DNA from: Acanthaster planci
Lineage: Eukaryota
Length of the DNA: 64,000 nucleotides
Direction of reading: 5' to 3'
Assembly: GCF_001949145.1 (NCBI RefSeq)
Contig: NW_019091357.1
Coordinates: 500,671-564,670, forward strand
In this document: positions 1-12,100 of the stretch, piece after piece
How the letters are laid out: each line of letters opens with the position of its first letter
Position numbering within the stretch: the first letter of the stretch is position 1
The notes under the pieces: model-generated
Seen by the model: the letters and a program-made list of their open reading frames with translations, nothing else
What the model was told of the DNA's origin: nothing
Databases searched by the model: none
Made by a program: the position numbers and the translations under genes

Positions 1-2259
1 CGTGACACTGCACCTGTCATTCAGAATTATCCACTGTGTTATACGTCATCTTTGACAGAATCAAAATAATTGATGACATACGGTGCCCAGAGCGGAGTTC
101 ACTCAAATGTCTTCATCCGGAACGTGCTTTGGCATGTCACGGGTACAGATCGACATACAGGTACTTGGCAACGGGTGGTTTAGTACAAGTCGTTATCAAC
201 CACTCAGAGCATCACATAAACATTTCATATTTGACTGCTGCAACACTGTTCAACCGATACTTCAAAGTTAAACTTGTGATGGTAATCATCGGCCACGGAA
301 TCATCGCTGGATGCCCAGAGTTAAAGTTACTGTGACCCCCTCTACAAAGAGATGTGCAAAGCTCTCACTTCAATACTATACATGCGCAATATCGTGGCAT
401 CAGAGCTCACTCAAAAATAATTATACTGGTAGCATTATAAAAAGGGTAAATATGGTGTTATTATCATAAAATTACTGCTTTTAATAATGACATCAGTTCT
501 TTGCTTTTCATTTGTACCTTAAAAAGTATTGTAATTAAATCAATAGGACGGTTGACACATCCGTGGCTGCTGATGACTCTCACTGACACTCTGGGAAAAG
601 TTTTAACTTTTGTTTAAATTAAGCCAATTTATCTACAGGCTATAAAGGTTCGATGAAATCTCTCCTACTGGAAGTTAAATGCAAGGTTCAAAGAACCTGG
701 ACTGATGAACCAAACCAAACCAAAATAAAAATCCATTTCGTAAGTGGCAATAAAGCAAATTTGTTTTTGTCATTTCCAGTCAGTGCTCTTTGGCACCGGG
801 ATTGTGCGTGTGATTTCCCACAACGACTTGGCCATTGACACCACTGCTATCACAAAGATTACCGCTATGCACAGTGAAATGTCAGTCACTCCCGCTGCGT
901 CAACTCTTGAACCAAACGCATGCGTGACAAAGAAATTCTGGACACCGAGTTTTGGCGCACGAAAAAACTGAGACAGCAACAGCCCGCCCATCCAACCTTT
1001 GCACCAGAGCGAAACGCTTCCATTCAACAGAGTGGTATTGCGAATATGATACGAGACCGCAATCTCAGGTTTCTACCATGCTGTTTGTCCCACCGTCTAT
1101 TCGTGAAAGGAGGGAATAATGCCAGTGATAAATAATGCTCCGACACTCGGGCGAAGTATTATTTCTTTGGAGAGGTAGCTGTACCACGCTATTCCATGGA
1201 GGTCGATGTTACCTCGGCAGAGTAAGCATTTTTTCCCTCCTTCGCGGCAATTGGCTGTGAAAAACTGTCAAGGGGAACTATTTTTGGATGCGTGATGAGG
1301 CCCGTTTTGTCCACTTTCCTCAGTCGGTTGTTGATATTAAGATCTCGGCAAGGTGGTAGTAAAAGTGTATGATGACAATGAGTTAAGTATGGAAAAAGTG
1401 TTACATAAAACAGGAGCACGGAAAGAACAGAATGAAAATAATTTTCTTTCCAAATGCCATTTCTTGTATTTCCACTAACGTACATTTCAAACCAAAACAA
1501 AAGGCAACAGGCTAAAGTGGACGTTAGCTGTCTACTGTGTTATCAGTGGCGATTTGTTAGTCCGTATCGGCGGCAGGAATCACAGGGAAATTGCTCAGGA
1601 GAGTTTGAATAGGAACCAACAAGTGGGAGAAAAATAGCTGGAAAGGGTTGTGATGAACGATTCATATAGCCTGTATTGTACAAATCATGCCCCACAAAAT
1701 AGAAATCTCACCAACAAAAGTGTTTTGTTCCTAAGTCTCACCACAAAATTGTCAGGTATTCTCTGGAGAGTATTCCCAGGAATTCACTAACTGATAGATG
1801 TAAGGCATATCTGACATCGTGAAAAGCTACATGAGTTATAAACGTGTTTTAATTAAAAACCCTTCATACAAACAATGCATCTGAGTAACCTGTAAAGGGT
1901 GATGAGGTTCCTGTGTTGTCCTCGAAAATGTTTTCTTTAAATAAGATGATATCACAAGTTTACAGTCACAAACTTCATGTTTGATTGAGAAAGAATCTTA
2001 TGAAAAAAAATCACTCTCTTTACAAATACTTATCGGGGACGGATTGCCCGATAGGGTCACCTAGGGAACTGAGATATGTTCACCTGGTACAAACTCTCTA
2101 GGGATTAACATAGTTCAGTCAGGGCTCATTTTGACGGTGATGGTAAGAATTAATGTAGTCTGGTGCTTCGTCATTATGCCCGATCTGTCCACAGACTCCC
2201 AAAGGATCGTTCGTTACGAGTCAGTTCATACTTAAGACAACGCTGTGTATAAATCTACC

Positions 2260-2608
2260 GTTGCTTGGCGATGCTGTTCCAACACACTGTCATTAAACCA
2301 GAATAAAGATTTTCACAGTTGCTAGGTTACAGACTAAAATTATGTATACACCGAATGACTTTGAATTGGGTATATGTGGACTCTCCAAGGACCAATAGCG
2401 GCCTGCGGGAAGTGTCAGCCAATCAGAGGCCCGCCAGCCATCGCCGGCGCGTCTGCGTTAAAAACTACACAAGGAAACAGAAATAGACCGTCGAATCCTT
2501 GGAAAACGTCTATTATACATATATGTGTTTATGCGTAGGTAACTGAGCGAAATGTTAAGTATGCCCGTTGGGTTGAGTGACTGTGAATCGCATGGGTCTC
2601 CTAGTAAC
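2260..2608. promoter_or_regulatory. Putative promoter region upstream of the RIM-like gene (CCAAT boxes and RFX X-box-like motifs)
   Basis: CCAAT at 2392-2396 and 2419-2423 (AGCCAATCAG) in a locally GC-rich patch. X-box-like GTTGCTAGGTTAC (2318-2330), GTTGCTTGGCGA (2260-2271) and GTCTCCTAGTAAC (2596-2608). Motif matches only. Confidence 0.35.
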
Positions 2609-3145
2609 AATCGAGACCTGTGTTTCTGCCGTGTATCGGCTGTCTTCGTTTCAGTCTCGATAGCTTGATTTGCTACGGGCCACGCACAGGTAGGCCTTAA
2701 TAGTCTCAGACACGCACGGTCCAGGAGAAACTGTTGACAGGATTGGAGAGATATAATAGTGGTTTGTCTCTGCTAATTAGGATATGGTCATATACAGCAG
2801 AAAATATAGTGCACATCGCGACCATTTCATCTAAAACTTCTGTTCGGTTGTTTTAATCGTCGATTTCGGAAGCGGAAATTTTTATTCTTATTCTTTTGGT
2901 GAAAGACATTAATATCAGGATTCCAATTAATTTTCTGTGTGTGTTCAGGTTGTGGGTATAATAATATTATAGCAACGATGTGGCTTCTCAATAAAGTCCC
3001 CAGTTTAATATCTAACAGGTGGACATCTTCACGGTGGACTGAGAATTATTTGGCAGTGCCTGATCATCCAATGGGTGTACGCTAGTTACGACGAACGGGG
3101 ACCAGCCACAATTATCGCATGTGCCTTGCGCGGCAACCAGGGACC

Positions 3146-6100
3146 ATGGCCCACTCCAAAGGTGTAAGTATTAAATGCTGTCCATTCGTGAATGGATGGG
3201 GAATAAATTTCCAACTATAATGACACGGGCTGTATGGATCTGGAAATAACTTTAAAATATCCTCTAAAACTAGATTCAACATTATGTTTGTGCCATCTTC
3301 ATGGGATAGAGCGCTGATCTGAGCGATATAACAGAGTCATAACAATCCACTAGCATCTTGGAGTGTGATCTTGATGAGGCTTAAGACAAAGACAATAATA
3401 GGGGATGCCTGTCCTTTTTGTTTGAGAAGGTTGAAGATCTTCCCTATAATGAGTCACCATTTGCTTTACTTGCAAAGCTTTCCATCTATATCCCACTTAA
3501 ACTTTTCATGATTTTTTTCCAAGAAGGGATACCTTACTTTAACACCACAAAGAACGTGTTTACTCTTGTATATATGTGAACTAAAACAAGATACGACAAA
3601 GCAAACAGATCTTAATTCTATGTCAAATCACTTCTCTAATTTGATATGCCTTAAAATAAAGACATTGTTTTTTTCTTTTTAGACTTTTCTTGGAAATAAT
3701 GACATCTATTTTAGCTGTTAATAATCTGCTTTAAATATTACCCAGCATCACTGTTGCTTTTTTATGACAGCCGCCAACGCCGCTCTCAAAGCAGGACTCT
3801 TCGTCCTCTGACATCAAGACTAGCCAGACAACTACCACGACGACCCCTGCCCTCGCTGACCTTGATCTTTCACATTTGACCCCGGAAGAAATTGGTGCTA
3901 TTCAGAAGGTGCTAAAGAAACAAGAGTCTTTTGAGCGACAAGCAAAGCTCAGAGCGGAGTAAGCCGATTTTGGTTGCGACATTCTCCAACCTTGTTGTCC
4001 CATTATTATTTCAGTTTTAGCGTAGAAAGGACATCGTCTTTCTCTTCCTTTTTATTTCATAAGATATCTTAAAAGAACAAAGTACACGTTTTTATGTAAA
4101 AAACAATTAGGAACGTAGGATTTACAATATTTTAAATACCCATACATTAAAAGAGATCGATGATATCTGTGACCTTGGATGAACCTGACATGGATTTTTT
4201 TTAGAAACCTTACTTCAACGTTCTTCAGTTCATTTAATGGTCTCAGTATTTAGAAAAGAAAAATTTTGATATATTTTGAGCTAGAAAGGTCCTTGAAAAA
4301 GGTACGGTAAAAGTAGAAGGGCACAGCTATCATACCAAGTAAAACCCTAATTATTTCAGCTATTTCTCACTTTGCTATTTCAATTCCAAACGAAAAATGA
4401 AAGGGTAATTAACTTTTCATCCGGGCAGAGACATTATTTTATGGAAAAATACTTAGAGATGAAATTCGAATATCTGATTCCTTGCGTATGGTTCTGATTG
4501 GACAGCCAAATCGAGAAGGCCATTCGTCGATATGAGGCCACCTTAGCAGCCCGGGAATCACACCCACCCAGGTCAAAGGACGACGATCTACGCATGTGCA
4601 GACTATGTTTCGTCAGGAAGTTCACAGATGGTCTTGGTAACACGTGCGGGGATTGCCTACACCGGGTGTGTACCAACTGCTCCACGCAGGTGGTTGAAGG
4701 CGGCGGGACGAGCCCGACACCAAAACACAGATTTGTGAGTCCGATATTCTGTTCAATTGAAAAGGGCTAAAACGTTATGCTTAAAAGCAATAACAAATAC
4801 ACGGTTCACGATTTGACTTCACAATTTCAGCACAATTCTTGGCACATCGTGGAGGTAGTTTAGCTTATTACACAATTACAACTGCACTGTTTTTTTTTCC
4901 ATTCAAGACGGTTTTCCTGAGAGCACTGATTTTGTTAATGAATGAATACAGCTAAAAAGGATTTGCCTGCACGTCATTTACTACATCATTCAGAACCAAA
5001 TGTTATTGAACTAATTGAAGACAAAAACCTGTAATTCAATATCAATTGAGTAAATTGTTCGCGTCTTCGTACCCAACAGAAACATAAAAAGCGCTGGCGC
5101 TGTAACTTATGCAAGCTTCAACGGGAGTACCTGTGCGTGACGGGCCGCTGGTATTACCAAGACGATGCGAGCAGAGGACTTGAACAGCCGTCCCGGAACA
5201 TGTCCATACCGAGTATGGAGAGGCAAAGCCCCGGTAGCACTCCACCAAGGAGACGGGTAGTACGCAGCGCTCAGTCCGATTTGGTGAGCAAAGTGGTGGA
5301 AATACCAGCTAGGTTTTAATAGCTGGCATAGCTAGCCGTTCTTTTTCAAACACTACATGTAAATAGTGTTTTATTGTTTTGTTTTAATTTTTTATCGCTC
5401 ACGCTTCCAATTACTCTTGACCGCGCGGGTCTGCAGAAACAAAACACATTTACAACGACTTACATCAAGGTAAGGCTGTTGAAGGATACTTAATGTGTTA
5501 TTTAATCAAATGGAGTCGCTTGCATGTGATGGGAAATTCCCGGAAGAAATAACAAGCAGTCAGGGAATACGTCTAGGGGGTGGTGGAAAAGAAGAAGTAA
5601 TTTTCGCCTTAAAGGTCAGATGTGAGCCCATCAAAATGGAAGTTACTACATCTCATTTGGCTACCTGTGAGTATTTGTTTCCTGGGCAACAGGGCAAATA
5701 ACATATGTCGGCTTATTCCCGCACCAGTGCACACAGTAATGGTATTTCTGTTATAAAACAGAATTAGCCATTTTAGAGGATTTCTTGGTTTGGCATAAAA
5801 TAACCAAAGGCTTTAAGGCATAGATTACGTTAGACTTTGAATGTTGTGAAGGGCTCATGACAGTACTGTAATTGGTCGGTTCCGGGAAACCGAAAATAAA
5901 TAATCTCTTAATTAAGACTGGTCTTAAGAATCGAGTGCAGTCGTTACAATCAACGCAAAACATGCCAACGAATATGTTTAAGGTAAATTTCATAACATTA
6001 CAAAGACAAACTTCCATAGAATCTTTGCAATAATGTCTAGGGCCGTGGCCATTCGACGGCTTCTGCCGTTTTCTTCAGACTTGTGTAATATTGCTTAATT

Positions 6101-9100
6101 CAAAGATGGCATGGTAGAGCGCCAAGGAGCTATTGCATTTTGGTGTCTGATAGGAGGAGAGATTTGTGCATCGTAAGGTGGAGGCCATCAAACGCAACTC
6201 GTGGGACTCAGGCAAGCATTACAAATCAGACACCGAGGCTTCATCGTCCACCTGTCTGCGCCAATCCCTCCCTCGTGAATCAGTCAACGGTAAGAAGTCC
6301 GTGACGCGGCGTCGGCGGCGCTCTTCCCAGCTCCGGCAGATCTCCTGTGACTCACCCGGTGAGAACCTGACTCAGGAATCGGATGAAGGCGAGTGGATGA
6401 GTCGCGCCCTCGCGCGTCGGGCTTCGCATAGGCGGCCTCTGAGGCGACGGAGGTACGGAGTAACTGAGGCAACCGATAAAAGTCCTGAAGGTAACGTTTA
6501 CAGTCAAGTACATCATTTTGGACTTTGATGATAGCTATTGGTTTAAGGGTTCGAATTTCACTGAAGTTGGTAAGTGGCATTGTTCTGTCCGCCATTACAA
6601 TTTCAATTGAAATATTCCCGACAACTAGAGCGTAGCAAAAATTCAATCCTACTTGCAGTGTGTAACTGCTGTACAAACAGTAAGCCAGTTAACAACAAAG
6701 CCTGATTGCCTTTCAAAACTAAAATCCCCAATTCAATTGTTTTGCTTTCCATGGGCAGGATCTCAAACTATGAAGTCCCCTGGAAAACAAGCAAGCGGTA
6801 GCGAAGATGAGCGGCCAATGTCTGTAGCAGAAGCCGAGCGTTCACCGTCAAACCGACGCCGAAGCCGGCCTTCGATTCACGGCAGGCGGTCTCCCTCCGG
6901 CGCCGTAGCCTCGAAAGAACCGCCACCTGAAGGACAACAGGTTGCTACCGCGGCTCATGAGAGAGCTAAGGAGGCCAGAGGGAAGTACAAGCGGACAGGG
7001 AGTGTGAGGGCAGACTTCATGGGGAAGTTTGGTCAACGGGCCATGGAGAGGTTCAGACGCCGCTCACGCTCAGAGAGTGAATTGAACATTCCAGAACAAC
7101 CACCGGTAATGAAAATTTGTCGTGCCGTTTAAATTAAAGAAAGTATAACATACTATTAAAAAACAACGAAACAACTGTCTCATACATTTTTATACTTCTC
7201 TGACAGCAAGAAACAACGATATATGTGCGAGATGACTCAGAAGAAGTTACCATCCAAAAAGATCCACAAGACACATCATGTAAAAGTAGGTTCCGTGAAA
7301 TAAAAGGTGCTTAGCACTTAGTCTCCAACATTGCAATTTAACAAAACGCATCAGAACTAGATGAACGAACAAAATTCTTATCACATTGTACTGATACACA
7401 ATAGCCTTCAGTTTGAACAAAAACCACAATTCTACTTTTTTATCTGGAGTCAAATAAACATTTCCATTGAAAGAGAGGCGAGTTCAAAGGGAATTATCAC
7501 AGTGAAACAGTTTTGTGCCGCAAACTTTACGGTAAACGACACGGCCCTTGAAGATACCAGAACTCATTAGTAATTGCTCGGCAGTTGTCAGACAGTGTGG
7601 ATCAAAGTTAACTGAGCTGGGTTTTACAAAACGTCTATTTTCAAAGCACTCAATAGCTAAGTGTTAATTTTCTAATTTAGGTTTTTATCGTTAATGATAG
7701 CCCGAGGTTTTGGACTTGAAGTAGTGGGAGGACGACAGGATTCTGACGGCTGGCTGCGCGCGTTTGTCACTAGGGTGGTCGTCGATGGACCCGCTGACAA
7801 AGTGGATGTACATAAAGGTTGGGAAATCTTCACTAACTCACCATTTATTGAATAAATAAATATTTATTCATGAGGTAGAAGTGGAAAGAGATGCTGGAGC
7901 TGTTTGTACAGTACAAAATTCATAAGTTCTGCAATGATTTACAGTGTTCTAAAATATAAGTTCTAGATGCATACAGTGAAGACGACGAGTCCAAAGAAAC
8001 AGGGAAAATGAAAAAAAATATACATGAAGAGATTTCAAATAACAGGCTCTGAATCAGGCAATAATCATAGAAGTGAAAGATTTAGCAAGAAGTGGACAGC
8101 TCTGGTGGCTAATTCTGGATCATCTGTCTTTAAGGTGACGAAATACTGGAATGGAATGGTCAGTCCCTGGAGAACAAAACTTTCGAACAAGTCCGACAGG
8201 TACTGGACCAGCCGTGTGGCGAGGAGTTGACGCTAAGAATCGTACGCTATCAGGCGTAAGTAGACATGATGATACGCAATTTCAACCTTCCCCTTTCCTA
8301 ATAGAAAAATTGACGATATAATGAGATAAAACGAAACCAAAACAACAACATTTCCGGATTCGGGGTGATGTGTTCAAACCCACCAGTGTTTTATACCATG
8401 GATGAAAAGGCGTATACGCAGTATCAAACTGAAGTATACATTTTTAATACTACTATTCTATCAACTAACAACAGGCATAGAGGCACCGACACTCTCACTA
8501 CCAAACGCGGTAGCTCCGTATCCATCGAGTCAGAGGTATATCACAGACGGAAAAAGATATCTGTTGGTAAGCGGGAACTTCGAACTGCACAGTATGTCAA
8601 CTAAGCACACTTAATAGAAAGTACATGGCATTACTACACTGGCCTTGGATTTTGTTTTGGAAAAGCAAAGTCAGTTTTTATTCGAACTGTTGGAAGAAAA
8701 ACGTCAATAATATTATGGTAAAAAAACAGAACTTTGTGAAATCCTTTAACAGATCAATCAGGTAAATTGATTTCAATATTACTTTTCACACATCATTTTA
8801 TATATCTATTAGTTGGAAGAAGACAACAAAATATAACTATTTGTTACCCACTTTTGAAACTGCACTAGAAATGTTATAAGAATATCCTGAATCTCTTGTA
8901 CAGACATGCGGAATAGTATCAACACAGAACAATACCGAGAAATGTTCACACCAGCCCCCGAAGATACGACCACCACAGCGGCAACTCAGAGGGCTAGCAG
9001 CCGGCGAAGACTTCCTGTGCCACCGGTAAGTAATTTGTCTCTAAGAATGAGTAATTCTGTCCTAGAACGGTTCTGGTGTGATGATCATATCCTCCGCTTG

Positions 9101-12100
9101 CAGCAGTGCTACTATAACCAAAGGTTTTAAGTCCAGAAAACTGTCTCTGAGAATGATCACCTGACAATCAATTTTGAAGACAAAATTGCTTGATTTTGAC
9201 TGTACCATTCCAAATGTTGAAGGTCGAGGCTACAGACCGTTGGCTCTCTCAATAGACAACCAAACCACTTTAGCGAGTGGTCTTTAACGAAGTCTTATAT
9301 TTATGGATTTTATGCATTGGAATCGACCTGGCAGTATTATGCTTTCGTGTTGACTTAAACTTGAAAGTCAAAAAAATATTCTTCTATAATGAACACTCAT
9401 GACATTGTAGATGATTGCATTGATGAGAGAATTCACTAGGTGAAATTTAGAAGTAAAAGATTTGACGGAATATGGTCATAATGCTGACAGGGTGCTCGAT
9501 CTGGTCAACTTCGAACTGAATGAAGGACAGGATGTCAGAAGTGAAGCTGTAGATTCAATTAGGTGTCATTAGACAGAACACAATGGAGCCATTGACTACG
9601 AGCATTTTGGCAACTTGGTTGCGGGTCTTGATGAGCGTTTTAAGGGCTGTGTTCCGGACGCCAACGCGGTTGACAACTCGATGTTGCAGGGCACGGATGA
9701 TCCGAGCGTACAGGTTGGCGTTAACCACGAGGCAGATAGAGAACAGCACGAGGTCTATCAGGGCATAGGCGAACCTCGCCTGGTTAGAAGTGGGGTTACA
9801 GGTTGCCATAAGCTTTGGGAGATCAGCGAAGGTGGTGTTGTTTGGCCATCGGTTACAGGTGAGGGTGAAGACATGGTAAGTGTACCCTGGGATAGCTGCC
9901 ACACCGCGAACAGCTAAGCCATCAGGTGCTGTTTGAATCTCCTCCAGCGACCCTTCGTCCTGGTAAACCGAAGGGGATTGCATACAGCATTGTACTTCTC
10001 AAGCGAGACGACCGTGACCAGACAACAGGTAGCTACGTGTAAGAAATCAGTGAAGAAAAACATCGGAACGCAGCTAGATGGACCGCTAGTTGGGACATCA
10101 GTCTTAGGCGAAGTAAGAGAACATCTGGCCACCGACAAAGGTAGTCAGGAAGGACAAGTCAGTAACTGCAGGCTGGGCCAGGTAGAAATTAGTTGCGTTG
10201 CTCATCCGTTGAACTCAGCATGTCACAAAGATGAACGCTAGGTTTGCAGCCATGCCTGCAATCAAAAGAACGGGCATGGTGACGATGATGAAAATGACTT
10301 CAGCGTCACTTCGAAGGAGCAATGATGCTTCCACCATCATCGGTACAATTAAGCCAGCATTTGACAGCGCCGTTGGTACACATGTTGTCGTCATGCATAG
10401 CTACTTAAAAGCACATGTCTGGCGACCTCAAGAGCTACCATCCATGCTATCTCATCTCTCGGCATTTGAAAGAATGCTGATCACAACCTGAAGTCCGGCT
10501 TTTTTGACAAATGTAAGGATAAGACATTCTTAATTCTCAGCAAGACTGACTTACGTCCGACACTGTTAGCAGAAACTCTCAAATGTACGTAAGCGGAAAA
10601 AAACCTGATGCGCCGGTGTCAACAGCTGTCATACTTTCTAAGTATGCTTTGCTACCTTACTCCTTTCTGCATCGCTGTTAATCAATTACATTTGGTTTTA
10701 CACTAAAGCAATCGTCGATGACCTTAAGCGCAGCAACCACAGTGCGCACGTCCACGCCAAGAGTGGAACTTACTCCCGCCGAAAACCAGAACCTCGGAGA
10801 GTTGTGTATGCAACTGACGCTACGTGAAGAAACCAAGGAACTGGTGGTGGTTCTGATGGAGGCCAAAGGACTCAAAGTGAGGGAGGGAGATCCATTAGGG
10901 CAACCACCAAGCCCTTACGTCAATATCTACCAGCTGCCTTATAAAAGGTAACACAAATCTCAAAGGGATTTTTAAAAAACGACATATCCTTTAACAACTG
11001 AGTTTATACCAATTTCAATAGACAGAGATAACTCAGCACTGTATTGTCTCGACTACGGAGAAGCACGTGGTATGATATAGATAAGCAACAAATAAGGCGC
11101 GGTGTTGATATAAAGCAANAAAAGTATCGTAAAAATGCACTGAGTCTTCCTTTCCCAATAAAGGCAAAGGTGTATAAATACGCCATCCCATGGAATAATA
11201 GCATGTAAAAGACGAAAAGTGTACACGATTCGCATGATAACGAGGAAATTGTTTCATTTCAACATGGCGTCATTTGACGTCATCATCGATGACATACGGC
11301 GACGATTCACCAGGAAATACTACGTATTAGCCCTGTAAGTTCAGTGAGGCGGTCCCTCCCGAAAGCCCTCGTCTCTGTAACAGTGTGCTGTATTTGTTAG
11401 GTTTATCGCATAGTATTTGAACCCTTTAGAGGCCATTTCAAGATTTATTTTTAACATTCAATGGGTTGTATTAAAATTCATGTCTGCGTCGGATTTCGTA
11501 TAATCAGGGAAAGTCTCCGGTATCGATCACCAACGATACCTGCAACGGCCACGCCAACATGGAATAAGACTTTCGTGTTTCCCAATGTCTCCCAAGCAGA
11601 GGTAAGAAAGGACACCAAGGTAATTTCAACTAACAATGAGTAAGACTCAGCGATTGATTTGAATGTCACATTAACTTTCTCAGGTGTGCAGGTGTTTTTG
11701 CATTACAGATAGTGCTGGTGCTTGTTTTTGTAGCTTTAAACGTATCAATGCCACACGAAAACACACCAATTTAAGAAATGAAGAAACAAGAAACAGGATT
11801 ATTAAGACTCACCTGGCTTTGTTGTTTTGTCTGTTTCTTACTTTTGCAGATATCTGGATTGTCATTGGAATTCACAGTCTGGGATGAGCGGCCAGATTGC
11901 ATGAATTTATTTCTAGGAGAGGTAAGTTAGACCGGGAAATCTAATCAATCAATTATCGAAACATGACTAATATTAACTATTAAGTAATTATATGCTCGTG
12001 TTCAAATATACTAACATGTTTCATAAATCCGGCAAATTGCTCAATACACGCTAACTATTTTGCATCATTCAGCATACCTTTTTAAAAAGTTTCCTCTCTC

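Noticed and set aside
36..1500. Short ORFs at the left edge (e.g. 770-1027 minus, with one hydrophobic stretch)
   Set aside because: No recognisable domain, and I could not build a consistent splice model. An exon of a neighbouring gene cannot be excluded.
10215..10217. In-frame TGA in the nested GPCR as selenocysteine or readthrough
   Set aside because: It aligns to Arg in the paralog and co-occurs with further stops and frameshifts, which indicates ordinary pseudogenisation.
11000..11400. Possible transposon insertion in intron 12 of the RIM-like gene
   Set aside because: It looks repeat-like, but I could not identify convincing terminal inverted repeats or a target-site duplication by eye.
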